This document shows, in pieces, positions 20,906 through 32,218 of a stretch of 64,000 bases of DNA. A program made the translations under genes and the position numbers. Numbering within the stretch: the stretch's first letter is position 1; each line of letters opens with the position of its first letter. This DNA comes from Gemmatimonadales bacterium (GTDB lineage: Bacteria > Gemmatimonadota > Gemmatimonadetes > Palauibacterales > Palauibacteraceae), in the NCBI GenBank assembly GCA_030636765.1, contig DAOVWI010000001.1:3951-67950 (forward strand), given 5' to 3'. Under the pieces are notes generated by a model that worked only from the letters and a program-made list of their open reading frames with translations, was not told where the DNA came from and did not search any database.

Positions 20906-22228
20906 ATGAGTGAAATGAGCGAGGTAGAATGCGGAGCCGCGGCCACGGCGCCCTCCTGGCCCACCCCGGAGGGAATGCTGGCGGAGACGGATCCGGAGGT
21001 GTACGCGGCGATCCAGGGTGAGGTGGGGCGGCAAAGGTGGGGCCTGGAGCTGATCGCCAGCGAGAACTTCGTCTCGCCGGCGGTGCTCGAGGCGATGGGC
21101 TCGGTGCTCACCAACAAGTACGCCGAGGGCTATCCCGACAAGCGGTACTACGGCGGCTGCGAGTACATGGATCAGGTCGAGAGCCTGGCCCGCCGACGAG
21201 CCATGGAGCTCTTCGGCGCCGAACACGCGAACGTGCAGCCGCACAGCGGGTCCCAGGCGAACATGGCCGGGTACTTCGCTTTCCTGGAGCCGGGCGACAC
21301 GATCCTCGGCATGGATCTCTCCCACGGGGGTCACCTCACCCACGGATCGCGCGTGAACTTCAGCGGCCAGCTCTACCGGGTCGTCGCGTACGGCGTCCGG
21401 GAGACCGATGGCCGCGTGGACATGGAGGCGGTGCGCGAGACAGCGCTTCGGGAACGCCCCGCCATGATCGTGGCGGGCGCGAGCGCTTACCCTCGCGTGT
21501 TGCCGTTCGAGGAGTTCGCGAGTGTGGCGCGCGAGGTCGGCGCGGTCTTGCTCGTGGACATGGCGCACATCGCCGGCCTGGTCGCCGCGGGAGTGCATCC
21601 GTCGCCCGTGCCCCACTCCGACGTCGTGACGACGACAACCCACAAGACGCTTCGAGGGCCCCGGGGCGGGTTGATCCTGTGTCGGGCGGAGCACGCCCGG
21701 GCGATCGACAAGTCTGTGTTCCCGGGCATGCAGGGTGGGCCCCTGATGCACGTCATCGCCGCCAAGGCGGTGGCACTCAGGGAGGCGGGGAGCGACGAGT
21801 TCCGCGCCTACGCGGCCCAAGTGGTCGAGAACGCCCGGGCGTTGGGCGAGGAGCTCGGTCGGCGCGGCTACCGGCTCGTGTCCGGCGGCACGGACACCCA
21901 CCTGCTGCTGGTGGATCTCCGAAACACCGACCTGACCGGCAAGGACGCCGAGGAGATGCTCGAGAGGGCGGGCATCACCGTGAACAAGAACACGGTTCCC
22001 TTCGAGACGCGCTCGCCCTTCGTCACGTCGGGGATCCGCATCGGAACGTCGGCCGTCACCACGCGCTGCATGACCGGGACGGAGATGCGCGCCATCGCCG
22101 GGATGATCGACCGCGTGCTTCGGTCGGGTGCAAGCGATCCGGACGTGGCGGCCGTCCAGGCCGAGGTCCGAGCTCTGTGTGAGGCATTCCCCCTGTACGA
22201 ACCGGCTGACGCCGGTTCGATCGGCTGA
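20906..22228 (+). CDS. glyA: Serine hydroxymethyltransferase
   Basis: [16 protein letters not shown]...NKYAEGYP...[15 protein letters not shown] (PLP-binding Lys); real 3' part of track ORF 20357..22228. Confidence 0.95.
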   Translation: MSEMSEVECGAAATAPSWPTPEGMLAETDPEVYAAIQGEVGRQRWGLELIASENFVSPAVLEAMGSVLTNKYAEGYPDKRYYGGCEYMDQVESLARRRAMELFGAEHANVQPHSGSQANMAGYFAFLEPGDTILGMDLSHGGHLTHGSRVNFSGQLYRVVAYGVRETDGRVDMEAVRETALRERPAMIVAGASAYPRVLPFEEFASVAREVGAVLLVDMAHIAGLVAAGVHPSPVPHSDVVTTTTHKTLRGPRGGLILCRAEHARAIDKSVFPGMQGGPLMHVIAAKAVALREAGSDEFRAYAAQVVENARALGEELGRRGYRLVSGGTDTHLLLVDLRNTDLTGKDAEEMLERAGITVNKNTVPFETRSPFVTSGIRIGTSAVTTRCMTGTEMRAIAGMIDRVLRSGASDPDVAAVQAEVRALCEAFPLYEPADAGSIG

Positions 22229-22260
22229 CTCACTCCTCCGACGGACGCCCCCACTTCGTC

Positions 22261-22869
22261 GTGCTGCCGCTCAGGGCCGGCGAAGCGGAGCATCGGGAGC
22301 GGGGCTCGCGCTTCATCGCCGTCGTCCGCCGGGCGAGCTCTGAGAGTGAGGCCCGGGAGCATCAGCGGGAGGAGCGCCGCCGGTATCACGACGCGACGCA
22401 CCACGTCCTGGCCGCTCGACTCCTCGACGGCACTGAGTTGTTTGACGACGATGGGGAGCCGGCCGGGACGGGTGGTCGCCCTGTACTGGATGCGATTGTG
22501 GACAGCGCGCTGGTGGACGCAGCCGTTGTGGTGACCCGGTACTTCGGCGGCACGAAACTCGGCACGGGACCACTCTCCCGCGCCTATGCCCAAGCCGGGC
22601 GCGCGGCCCTGGAGCGAACGCCCCGCGGACGGTTTGTTCGGGGGAAGCGGCTGGCCCTTCGTTTCGCTTACGAGGACACGGGTGCGATCATGGGTGCGCT
22701 TGCGGCGGCGCGGACGGTGCGTTTGCGTCAGGAGTTCTTCGAGCGAAGCGAGCTCGAGGTTGGTGTGGCGGAGCACGAGCTGGACTCCCTCCGCGACGTC
22801 CTTCTGACGTCCACCGGTGGGCGCATCGACATCTCCGAGCCGGAGGGAACCGTCCTCATACCGGCCTGA
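22261..22869 (+). CDS. yigZ: IMPACT/YigZ family (UPF0029) protein
   Basis: RFIAV...DDGEPAGTGGRPVLDAI...VVVTRYFGGTKLGTGPLSRAY. Confidence 0.85.
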   Translation: MLPLRAGEAEHRERGSRFIAVVRRASSESEAREHQREERRRYHDATHHVLAARLLDGTELFDDDGEPAGTGGRPVLDAIVDSALVDAAVVVTRYFGGTKLGTGPLSRAYAQAGRAALERTPRGRFVRGKRLALRFAYEDTGAIMGALAAARTVRLRQEFFERSELEVGVAEHELDSLRDVLLTSTGGRIDISEPEGTVLIPA

Positions 22870-22915
22870 GCGCCAGCCCGACGATACTTGACGCTCTCGT
22901 AGCGGCCCGTCAGAT

Positions 22916-23344
22916 TTGGCTCGAGGCGGCAAGCCGAGCCGACCGAGAGGTTTGGAAGCGAGAAGAGCGAAGATGAGTCCGACGCCCGGAACCGATGTGC
23001 TGGGTCGCCTTGCCCGGCGAAACCCGCGTTACGCGGAGGCGGCGTACATCTTCGTTCTCGAGGCGCTCCACGATCGCATCCAGCAGCTGCAGCAGCCGCG
23101 CCACCTCACAGGAGCGGAGCTGGCGGAGGCGGTTCGAGACCTCGCTCTGGTGCGCTTCGGACCGATGGCACGCAGCGTGCTCCGGCATTGGGGCGTACAC
23201 TCCACGTCCGACATGGGCAACGTCGTGTTCCTACTCGTGGAGTCGGGGATACTCATCAAGCAGCCGACGGACACGCCCGAGGATTTCGAGGACCTGTTCA
23301 GCTTCGAAGAGGCATTCGAGACAGGCTATCTGTGGGGTGGCTGA
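22916..23344 (+). CDS. Hypothetical protein (~120-140 aa)
   Basis: Protein-like composition (PRYAEAAYIFVLEALHDRIQQL...VVFLLVESGILIKQPTDTPEDFEDLFSFEEAFETGYL). Start is uncertain; an alternative ATG lies at 22973. Confidence 0.6.
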   Translation: MARGGKPSRPRGLEARRAKMSPTPGTDVLGRLARRNPRYAEAAYIFVLEALHDRIQQLQQPRHLTGAELAEAVRDLALVRFGPMARSVLRHWGVHSTSDMGNVVFLLVESGILIKQPTDTPEDFEDLFSFEEAFETGYLWGG

Positions 23345-23390
23345 GAGGTGCCAGGTTGCCTTTCGGCCGCTCGCTGAGCGGAACGTGGCG

Positions 23391-23404
23391 ACTCGTTAAC
23401 GAGT
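23391..23404. promoter_or_regulatory. Perfect 14-bp palindrome ACTCGTTAACGAGT (candidate operator)
   Basis: Read directly; lies 16-29 nt upstream of the GTG of the small zinc-ribbon ORF, adjacent to its GGGAGGGG RBS. Confidence 0.5.
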
Positions 23405-23419
23405 GGGAGGGGTGATCGA

Positions 23420-23617
23420 GTGGAGAATTCGGCCCAGTTTCCCCAGTGTCTCAAGTGCAACGGCGGCGTTCTGATCCCGCTGTCCGACTACGGTCGAGAG
23501 GGTGCCTCCATCCGGTACAAGGCCTGGGTGTGCTCGAACCCCGAGTGTGGGTACAACATTCGTATCGACAACGGCGAGATCAGCTTCGGGCGCAATATCT
23601 CTCAATCCTTCAAGTAG
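23420..23617 (+). CDS. Small zinc-ribbon protein (65 aa)
   Basis: CLKCNGG ... CSNPECGY places two CxxC pairs; strong RBS GGGAGGGG; locally lower GC than surroundings. Confidence 0.55.
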   Translation: MENSAQFPQCLKCNGGVLIPLSDYGREGASIRYKAWVCSNPECGYNIRIDNGEISFGRNISQSFK

Positions 23618-23677
23618 CGGGACCCGCCGTCCCCGGTCTGGGCGTCATGCCGCCCCGGCCCCATTGAGCTTGCGATC

Positions 23678-25258
23678 ATGAACGAGGGACCCCTGACCGG
23701 CGACACCCAACCGGTGGGGGGGCATGTCATCTGGCTCCCCACGGCCGCGGAGATGGCGGAGCTGGATCGTCGGGCCACGGAGTCCGGCGCGATTCCGGAA
23801 CGGGCCCTCATCGAATCGGCCGGCCGCGAGATCGCCCATGCCGTGCAACGACGCTTTCCCACCGGGCGCGTCCTCGTGCTGGCCGGGAGCGGTCACAACG
23901 GCGCCGATGCTCTGGTGGCAGCTCGCACCCTGATCGCCTGGGGGCGCGACGTGGGGGCTGTGCGCTGCGGTTCATCCCCGCCCGAGCCCGAAGTGCTGGG
24001 TGGCTGGGGCCTCCAGCTCCAGGAGGCCGATCTGCTGGAAGCGCGCCTGGCCGAGGCGGGCGTGGTGCTGGACGGCGTGCTGGGTACGGGCGTTCGGGGC
24101 GCGGTCCGCGAGCCTGCCGCTGCGATCATCCGTGCGGCGAACGCCGCCGGCCGGCCCATCGTCGCGGTGGATGGGCCGAGTGGGGCCGACTTCACGACGG
24201 GCGCCGTCGAGGGCGAGGGCATTCGCGCGGAGCTCACCGTGAGCCTCGGGTGGCCCAAGCTCGGCCTGCTCCGCTTTCCGGCCCGCGCCTACTGCGGCGA
24301 GCTGGTCGCAGTCGAGATCGGTTTTCCGCCTCCCGAGTCGCCCCTGGGTGCGCGGGCGATCACGGATGGGTGGGTGGCGAAGATGCTCGTGCCGAGACCG
24401 GCGGATGCCCACAAGGGCCGCGCTGGCTATCTGGCGATCGTCGCCGGGCAGGAGGGCATGGCCGGGGCCTCGGTGCTGGCCGCGCGCGCCGCGATCCGGG
24501 GTGGCGCCGGCATCGTTCGGGTGGTTGGCGATCCGGCCAACCGGGAGATCGTCCAGAAGAGCGTGCCGGAGGCGATCTTCGTGAGCTGGGAGGACGAGGC
24601 GGCCGTGGCGGACGCGGTGTCGTGGGCCCACGCGGTCGCCCTCGGCCCCGGCCTCGGGGTGGAGACGGGCAGGCGGGAGCTCGTCGCCTCGATCCTCCGG
24701 TGGGCGTGTGAGGCTGGGAGGCCGGCGCTCGTGGACGCCGACGGCCTGAACGCGTGGGCGGGCGAGGCCGCTGAGCTTGCCGGCAGCCTGCCGGAAGGGT
24801 CGCTGGTCACGCCGCACCCGGGCGAGCTCAGCCGGCTGCTGGGCCAGCCTATGGGCACCGTGCTCGAAGATCCGATGGGCGCGGCGCGAGGTGCGGCCGA
24901 GATCCTGGGATGCACCGTGCTCCTGAAGGGGGCCCCCTCGGTCGTGGCCGAGGGGAACGAGCCGCTGCGCGTGGCCACGACGGGCGACGTGGCGCTCGCG
25001 ACCGGGGGCGTGGGCGATGTTCTGACCGGACTCGCCGGAGCCTACCTCGCGGCAGGCATGCGGGCCCCCGACGCGGCGGCTGCCGCCCTCCACCTCTCCG
25101 GCCACGCAGCGCTGATGGCGCCGGAGCCTGTGGGGCACGCCGCGGGCGACCTGGCCGACCGCCTGCCCCTCGCGCGGGCCCGGGTCGAAGCGACATCGCC
25201 GGTCGCGTATCCCTACCTGTTCGTTCTGCCCGCCGCGCGCGGCTCGGCGGAGCCCTAA
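23678..25258 (+). CDS. nnr: Bifunctional NAD(P)H-hydrate repair enzyme Nnr (epimerase/dehydratase)
   Basis: YjeF-N domain (VLVLAGSGHNGADALVAAR) plus YjeF-C carbohydrate-kinase domain (GRAGYLAIVAG...LLKGAPSVVA). Confidence 0.9.
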   Translation: MNEGPLTGDTQPVGGHVIWLPTAAEMAELDRRATESGAIPERALIESAGREIAHAVQRRFPTGRVLVLAGSGHNGADALVAARTLIAWGRDVGAVRCGSSPPEPEVLGGWGLQLQEADLLEARLAEAGVVLDGVLGTGVRGAVREPAAAIIRAANAAGRPIVAVDGPSGADFTTGAVEGEGIRAELTVSLGWPKLGLLRFPARAYCGELVAVEIGFPPPESPLGARAITDGWVAKMLVPRPADAHKGRAGYLAIVAGQEGMAGASVLAARAAIRGGAGIVRVVGDPANREIVQKSVPEAIFVSWEDEAAVADAVSWAHAVALGPGLGVETGRRELVASILRWACEAGRPALVDADGLNAWAGEAAELAGSLPEGSLVTPHPGELSRLLGQPMGTVLEDPMGAARGAAEILGCTVLLKGAPSVVAEGNEPLRVATTGDVALATGGVGDVLTGLAGAYLAAGMRAPDAAAAALHLSGHAALMAPEPVGHAAGDLADRLPLARARVEATSPVAYPYLFVLPAARGSAEP

Positions 25259-25262
25259 ACAG

Positions 25263-26261
25263 ATGGGCGGGATGAAGCCGGGTCCCGAGTTCGACCGGAT
25301 CCGGACCTTCGTCGCCGCGGTCGGCGCGCCGGCGCCGGAGCTCGATCTCCCTCCGGGAGACGATGCGGCCGTGCTCCGGCCGTTGGATGGAGAGCGGATC
25401 GTTCTGAGCTCCGACGTTTCGGTGGAGGGCGTGCACTTTCGCCGCGCCTGGCTGCGCTGGGAGGCGATCGGCTACCGGGCGGCGGCAGCGGCGCTCAGCG
25501 ATCTGGCGGCGATGGCCGCGCGTCCGATCGGCGTCCTCGTCTCACTGATGGTCCCCCCGGAAACCGACCAGGGTACGCTCGCGTCCCTCGGCGAGGGCTT
25601 AGGCGTTTGCCTGAGGAGGCACGAGGCGGGGCTGCTCGGCGGTGATCTGGCCCTTGCTCCTGCCGGAGTGGCGATCGACGTGATGGCGGTTGGAGCGTGC
25701 CGTTCCCCGGTGACGCGCGCGGGGGCGAGAGCGGGAGACGAGGTGTGGGTGAGCGGCGCCGTGGGCGGAGCCGCGTCGGCGGTTCGGGCGTGGGAGCGCT
25801 CCATGGAGCCGGATCCGCGGGCACGCGCCGCGTTCGAGCGTCCGCCGGCCAGGCTGGCCGAAGCTGTGTGGCTGAGGGAGCGGGTGCGGCTCACGGCCCT
25901 GATCGACCTTTCCGATGGCGTGGCGGGTGACGCGCGCCAGATCGCGGCGGCCTCGGAGATGCGGCTCGTCATCGACCTGGACCAGGTTCCGCTCGCCCCG
26001 GTCCTGGTCGAGTACGCCGACAGGGATGCGGCACTTCGCCTGGCTCTCGCGGGCGGCGACGACTACGAACTGCTTCTCTGCTGCGAGCCGGGAGGCATCG
26101 AAGCCGTACGCCCGGAGTTCGGGACGGAGTTCGGGCTGCCCCTCACCAGGGTCGGCCGCGTCGAGGACGGCGCAGGTGTCGTGTGGGTCTCCGCGCGGGG
26201 AGCGACCCTGCCGCCGGAGCTGGACGGCTACGACCACTTCACGTCCGGGAGTGCCCGGTGA
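25263..26261 (+). CDS. thiL: Thiamine-monophosphate kinase
   Basis: AIR-synthase-related fold: DDAAVL...SSDVSVEGVHF...GGDDYELLLC. Confidence 0.9.
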   Translation: MGGMKPGPEFDRIRTFVAAVGAPAPELDLPPGDDAAVLRPLDGERIVLSSDVSVEGVHFRRAWLRWEAIGYRAAAAALSDLAAMAARPIGVLVSLMVPPETDQGTLASLGEGLGVCLRRHEAGLLGGDLALAPAGVAIDVMAVGACRSPVTRAGARAGDEVWVSGAVGGAASAVRAWERSMEPDPRARAAFERPPARLAEAVWLRERVRLTALIDLSDGVAGDARQIAAASEMRLVIDLDQVPLAPVLVEYADRDAALRLALAGGDDYELLLCCEPGGIEAVRPEFGTEFGLPLTRVGRVEDGAGVVWVSARGATLPPELDGYDHFTSGSAR

Positions 26262-26992
26262 TCCGCATGCTGGTGTTCGGCGTCGTGGCGGTCCCCTCCA
26301 CGATCTTCTTCTCGCTGGTGGCGATCGTGGCCGGGTTGCTGCGCGCGCCCAAGAGCACGTTCGACTGGGTGCACCGCAACTGGTCGAGGAGCGTCCTCCG
26401 TGCCGCCGGCGTCGAGGTTCGCGTCACCGGCCTCGAGCATGTCGTGCCGGACGGTGCGCAGATCTTCGTCAGCAACCATCAGTCGATGTTCGACATCTGG
26501 GCGCTGTTCGCGACGCTACCGGTCTCGCTCCGATTCGTCGCAAAGAAGGAGATGTCCCGGATCCCGATTCTCTCTCAGGCCATGCGGGCGGCTGGTCACG
26601 TGTTCATCGATCGCCAGGACCGGGTGCAGGCGGCCGAGGCGATGCGGCGCGCCGGGAAGCGCATGCTCCGGGAGGGTCTCTCGCTCGGACTCTTTCCGGA
26701 GGGGACACGGGCGCGCGACAGGAGGCTGAAGCCGTTCAAGAAAGGAACCTTCGTCCTCGCCATCGAGACTCAGACGACCCTCGTTCCGGTCGCCGTGGAC
26801 GGCGGGGGCGACATCATTGTGGACGACGGCGGCGGCCGGCTGAAGTTCAGGCTCCGCCCTAAGCCCATCGAGATCCGCTGTGCCGGGCCGATCCCTCTCT
26901 CCGGTCTGACGACAGCGGATCGCGACGAGCTGCTCGCCCGCACCCGGGCGGAGATCGTCCGGTTGCTCTCGGCGGCTACTGGCCCGGAGTGA
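26258..26992 (+). CDS. plsC: 1-acyl-sn-glycerol-3-phosphate acyltransferase
   Basis: VSNHQSMFD (HX4D) and FPEGTR motifs; GTG start overlaps the thiL stop. Confidence 0.85.
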   Translation: MIRMLVFGVVAVPSTIFFSLVAIVAGLLRAPKSTFDWVHRNWSRSVLRAAGVEVRVTGLEHVVPDGAQIFVSNHQSMFDIWALFATLPVSLRFVAKKEMSRIPILSQAMRAAGHVFIDRQDRVQAAEAMRRAGKRMLREGLSLGLFPEGTRARDRRLKPFKKGTFVLAIETQTTLVPVAVDGGGDIIVDDGGGRLKFRLRPKPIEIRCAGPIPLSGLTTADRDELLARTRAEIVRLLSAATGPE

Positions 26993-27848
26993 AGAAGAGC
27001 GGGATGCCGCCTTCCGTCGGTGCGATCACCAGGTTGTTGGTGCCTGCGGCGACCTCACCGAGCATCTCCAGGTAACGCCAGTACAGGTAGCGCTGGCCGG
27101 ACACGCCGGTCAGGCTCGCCGCGATGACCGCCTGGGCGTCCCGGATTCCTGCGGCTTCGGCTCGCTTCTGGTTGGCCTGCTCCTCGACCACCTGCGTCTG
27201 GAAAGCCTCGGCCTGCACCTGCTGCTCCCGCGCCAGCTTCGCCTCGATGGCCTCTCGAAGCGCGTTCGGGGGCTCGATCTCGCGCACGAAGAACTCCGTG
27301 ATCTGGATCCCGCGCGGCGTGAGCTTGTCGTCCATCAGCTCTCGAATTCGCCCGCTGATGCCGGTCCGCTCAACGGAGAGGATGTTTGCCGCGACGACCT
27401 CGGCGACGGCGTCTCGTACGGCCGAGCGATACGTGTTGTAGACGAAATTATGGATCGCCCGCGTGTCGCCAACCGTGAGGAACAGGCGGACGACGGAGTC
27501 CGGATTGAGCCGGTACCGGTACGCCGCGTCCACCTGAATCGACAGCTGGTCGGACGTCAGGGCCGCCAGCCGCTCGCTCTGGCCGGAGGGCGGGAAGGAA
27601 ATCTCGCGGAGGTTGTAGTTCGTCCACGATCGCACGATCGAATGGTAGAGGCCCTGCGGGTACGGCCGCGAGTCCACGGACCCGGTGAGCGGATTGCGCT
27701 TGACCCCCACCTCGAAGTCGTCGATGCGATTGAACCCGAACAGCAGCACGACAGCGACGACGAGCACCAGGACGCCGGCCCCGATCGCACCGGCGCTGCG
27801 GAAGGTCTTGCTCAGGTCCAGCGGCGGTCTCCTTATCGGCGTGTTCAT
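26976..27848 (-). CDS. SPFH/band-7 domain protein (prohibitin/HflC-like)
   Basis: N-terminal TM segment, SPFH domain and C-terminal coiled coil (EAKLAREQQVQAEAFQTQVVEEQ). Confidence 0.85.
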   Translation of the reverse strand: MNTPIRRPPLDLSKTFRSAGAIGAGVLVLVVAVVLLFGFNRIDDFEVGVKRNPLTGSVDSRPYPQGLYHSIVRSWTNYNLREISFPPSGQSERLAALTSDQLSIQVDAAYRYRLNPDSVVRLFLTVGDTRAIHNFVYNTYRSAVRDAVAEVVAANILSVERTGISGRIRELMDDKLTPRGIQITEFFVREIEPPNALREAIEAKLAREQQVQAEAFQTQVVEEQANQKRAEAAGIRDAQAVIAASLTGVSGQRYLYWRYLEMLGEVAAGTNNLVIAPTEGGIPLFFTPGQ

Positions 27849-27862
27849 TTCTTCCTCCGTGA

Positions 27863-29284
<1,422 letters not shown>

Positions 29285-29335
29285 CGATCGTGGAAAAGGT
29301 GACGCGCTTTCTGATGCTTACCGGTTCCGAGGCGC

Positions 29336-29674
29336 ATGTCTGAGAGACTCCGGCGGATCGGCCTACGCTTGCTGGTGGCGACCCTCTGGCTCGCTGGAGG
29401 ATACTACCTCCTGCTCGGCGGCGAGTACTCGGCTCTCGATCTGCGCGACCTCGGGACCGACAGGGGCCGGATCGAGCTCCGGATTGACTCGCTTGGCGTG
29501 GTGACGGACTCGCTCCAGGCGTGGTCCGACAGCCTGGAGGCGAGCCCCGTAGCCATCGAGCGGGTGGCACGTGAGAGATACGGATTCATCCGTGACGGGG
29601 AGCGCCTGTACCGCTTTATTCCCGTGGACAGAAGCGATCAAGAACGGATTGACCGACCGGCAAACCGCGACTAG
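29336..29674 (+). CDS. ftsB: Cell division protein FtsB/DivIC (septum formation initiator)
   Basis: Single N-terminal TM plus coiled coil; C-terminal ERVARERYGFIRDGERLYRF is typical of FtsB. Confidence 0.8.
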   Translation: MSERLRRIGLRLLVATLWLAGGYYLLLGGEYSALDLRDLGTDRGRIELRIDSLGVVTDSLQAWSDSLEASPVAIERVARERYGFIRDGERLYRFIPVDRSDQERIDRPANRD

Positions 29675-29726
29675 ATTTGGCCTTGCATGGCGTGGTGGAG
29701 TAGCTCCGCGCGTGGGTTTCAAAGCA

Positions 29727-29754
29727 GGCCGGGGGGTTCTCCGGCCGCTTTTTT
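29727..29754 (+). terminator. Rho-independent terminator after ftsB
   Basis: GGCCGG-ggggttct-CCGGCC-gc followed by TTTTTT. Confidence 0.75.
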
Positions 29755-29763
29755 GGTGGACCC

Positions 29764-29837
29764 GGCAGGGTAGCTCAGCCTGGTAGAGCAAGGGACTCAT
29801 AAGCCCTAGGTCGCGGGTTCAAATCCCGCCCCTGCCA
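29764..29837 (+). tRNA. tRNA-Met (anticodon CAU; elongator type, could alternatively be a tRNA-Ile2 lysidine substrate)
   Basis: Cloverleaf: acceptor GGCAGGG/CCCTGCC+A, D-arm GCTC/GAGC, anticodon loop CUCAUAA, T-arm GCGGG-TTCAAAT-CCCGC. G1-C72 pair argues against initiator; CCA not encoded. Confidence 0.85.
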
Positions 29838-29879
29838 CTCGACGTTTCCCCAACCGGAGCCCTGTCGCCCCCCTGCCTC

Positions 29880-31376
29880 GTGCGATGTGCGATGCCCTAC
29901 CGAGATAGCGAGAGCCTCGAGGTCCTCATCCGGCTCGCCGGGGAGGTGAGCACGAAGGCTCGCCCCACCCGCAGCCGCTTCCAGCGCCGCCTGGAGCGGA
30001 ATCTCCTGGATGCCTGCAGGGCGCATGGCCTCCGATGCCAGACGACTCGCCAATGGAGCCGGCTCTTCGTGAGATCGCCGGAGGAGGCGGTCCTTGACGT
30101 CGTCGGGCGGGTGTTCGGGATTAGCTCCTACTCCGTGATCGAGAGCCGCTGCGACGCCTCGCTGCCTGCGATCGTCGAGCTCGGGACCAAGCTGTACGCG
30201 GACGTGGTTCGTGGCCGGAGCTTTGCCGTGCGCGCCCGCCGCAGCGGGCGGCACGACTTCAGCTCCCACGACGTGCAGGTGGAGCTAGGGGCGGCGCTTA
30301 ATCCGGGGGCCACGGTGGACCTTTCGAGCCCGGACGTGGAGGTCCGCGTCGAGATACGGGACGATGACGTCTACTTCTTCGGGACGCCCGTGCGAGGTGC
30401 GGGTGGGCTCCCCCTCGGTGTGCAGGGGAAGGCGGTCGCTCTGATCTCCGGCGGCTACGATTCGGCCGTGGCGGCCTGGATGGCCCTGCGCCGGGGCGTC
30501 GAGCTGGAGTACGTCTTCTGTAACCTCGGAGGCGCCGCGTACAGGCGACTCACCCTCGAGGTCGTGAAGGTGCTGGCCGATCTGTGGAGCTACGGGACAC
30601 GGCCCCGGCTCCACGTCGTCGAGTTCGAGGCCGTGATGGACGATTTCCGGAGGAGCGTAAAGCCTTCCTACTGGCAGGTGACCCTCAAGCGACTCATGTA
30701 CCTCGCCGCCGGTCGGGTGGCTGCCGCAACGGGTGCGGACGCCATCGTGACGGGTGAGGCTGTCGGCCAGGTGTCGTCTCAAACGCTGGCGAACCTGAGG
30801 GCGATCGACGCGGTGTCGTCGCTACCGGTGCTCCGGCCGCTGGCAGGCTTCGACAAGGAAGAGATCATCGATCGCGCCCGGGAGATCGGCACCTATGACC
30901 TCTCGTCGCGCGTACGGGAGTACTGCGCGATCGTCCCCGAACGACCCGTGACCGCCGCCCGTCCCGAGGTCGTCGATGCGCAGGAACGGGAGATCGATCG
31001 GACCGTCCTGGAGCGTGCGGTCGACGACCGGCAGGTTTTCGAGCTGCGAGGCCTGGACATGACGCAGCTCGTCGGATCGCACCTGTTCGTGAGCGACGTG
31101 CCCGAGGATGCGGTGGTCATCGACTCGCGCGACGCCGCCTCGTACCTGGAGTGGCATTGGCCGGGAGCTCTACACCGGGAGTACGAGGAGCTGACCGGCG
31201 CCTTCCGAAAGCTCGACCGGGACCGGACGTATGTCCTCTACTGCGGCGAAGGCATTCTCACCGCCCACCTCGCCGAGCGGATGCAGGGTCGAGGGTACGA
31301 GGCGTACAGTTTCCGGGGTGGTGTCCGGGGCCTTCGCAGGTATCAGAAGGCGCGGGCATCTGCCGGCTCGGGATGA
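29880..31376 (+). CDS. thiI: tRNA 4-thiouridine(8) synthase ThiI with C-terminal rhodanese domain
   Basis: THUMP region, PP-loop ALISGGYDSAVAAW, C-terminal rhodanese (YVLYCGEGILTAHLA with catalytic Cys). Confidence 0.9.
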   Translation: MRCAMPYRDSESLEVLIRLAGEVSTKARPTRSRFQRRLERNLLDACRAHGLRCQTTRQWSRLFVRSPEEAVLDVVGRVFGISSYSVIESRCDASLPAIVELGTKLYADVVRGRSFAVRARRSGRHDFSSHDVQVELGAALNPGATVDLSSPDVEVRVEIRDDDVYFFGTPVRGAGGLPLGVQGKAVALISGGYDSAVAAWMALRRGVELEYVFCNLGGAAYRRLTLEVVKVLADLWSYGTRPRLHVVEFEAVMDDFRRSVKPSYWQVTLKRLMYLAAGRVAAATGADAIVTGEAVGQVSSQTLANLRAIDAVSSLPVLRPLAGFDKEEIIDRAREIGTYDLSSRVREYCAIVPERPVTAARPEVVDAQEREIDRTVLERAVDDRQVFELRGLDMTQLVGSHLFVSDVPEDAVVIDSRDAASYLEWHWPGALHREYEELTGAFRKLDRDRTYVLYCGEGILTAHLAERMQGRGYEAYSFRGGVRGLRRYQKARASAGSG

Positions 31377-31447
31377 CGGGCCTTCGGATACCTCAGGCTT
31401 TCGGGCGGCTTTGACACGTCAGGCCGCGCGTGGCAGGTTGCGGCGCC

Positions 31448-32209
31448 ATGTCTGAGAGCGAACAAGTGAAGGTCCGAGAGCGCCTCCTGGCGCAGGCCCT
31501 ACAGGGCGAGATCCCCACTCACGTTGCCGTCATCATGGACGGGAACGGAAGGTGGGCGGAGGCCCGGGGGCTTCCGCGGTCGCAGGGGCACCACCAGGGG
31601 ATCAAGTCCGTTCGTGAGGCTGTGATCGGCTCCGTCGAGCTCGGGATCCGTTACCTGACGCTCTACGCCTTCTCCGAGGAGAATTGGCTCCGGCCGGCCT
31701 CCGAGGTTGCCGCGTTGATGGATGTTCTCGTCACGTATGCGGCGAGCGAGGAGGAAGAGCTGCACGAGCGCGGCGTTCGGGTCACGGCGTTCGGCGATCT
31801 GGATCGGATCTCGCCGGAGGCCCGGTCGGCCGTCGAGGTCCTGGAGGCAGCGACCCGGGGTGGCGAGGCCCTTCGCGTCAACCTCGCCATCAGCTACGGG
31901 TCGCGCTCCGAGATCGCGCGGGCTGCCCAGCGGCTGGTCGTGGAGGCTCTCGCCGGACGGCTCTCCCCGGAGGACGTGGATGTGGATCGCTTCGCGCGGG
32001 AGTTGTACATGGCGGACGTGCCGGATCCGGATCTCCTCATTCGGACCTCGGGCGAGCGGCGGCTGTCCAACTTCCTGCTCTGGCAGATCGCCTATGCGGA
32101 ACTCTTCGTCACGCCCGTCCTATGGCCGGATTTCGATCGCACGCACCTGTTCGAGGCCATCCGGGACTACCAGCGCCGGGAGCGTCGGTACGGTCGAGTC
32201 GAGGCCTGA
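31448..32209 (+). CDS. uppS: Undecaprenyl diphosphate synthase (isoprenyl transferase)
   Basis: HVAVIMDGNGRWA ... RTSGERRLSNFLLWQ motifs. Confidence 0.9.
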   Translation: MSESEQVKVRERLLAQALQGEIPTHVAVIMDGNGRWAEARGLPRSQGHHQGIKSVREAVIGSVELGIRYLTLYAFSEENWLRPASEVAALMDVLVTYAASEEEELHERGVRVTAFGDLDRISPEARSAVEVLEAATRGGEALRVNLAISYGSRSEIARAAQRLVVEALAGRLSPEDVDVDRFARELYMADVPDPDLLIRTSGERRLSNFLLWQIAYAELFVTPVLWPDFDRTHLFEAIRDYQRRERRYGRVEA

Positions 32210-32218
32210 GCGCCGCCG

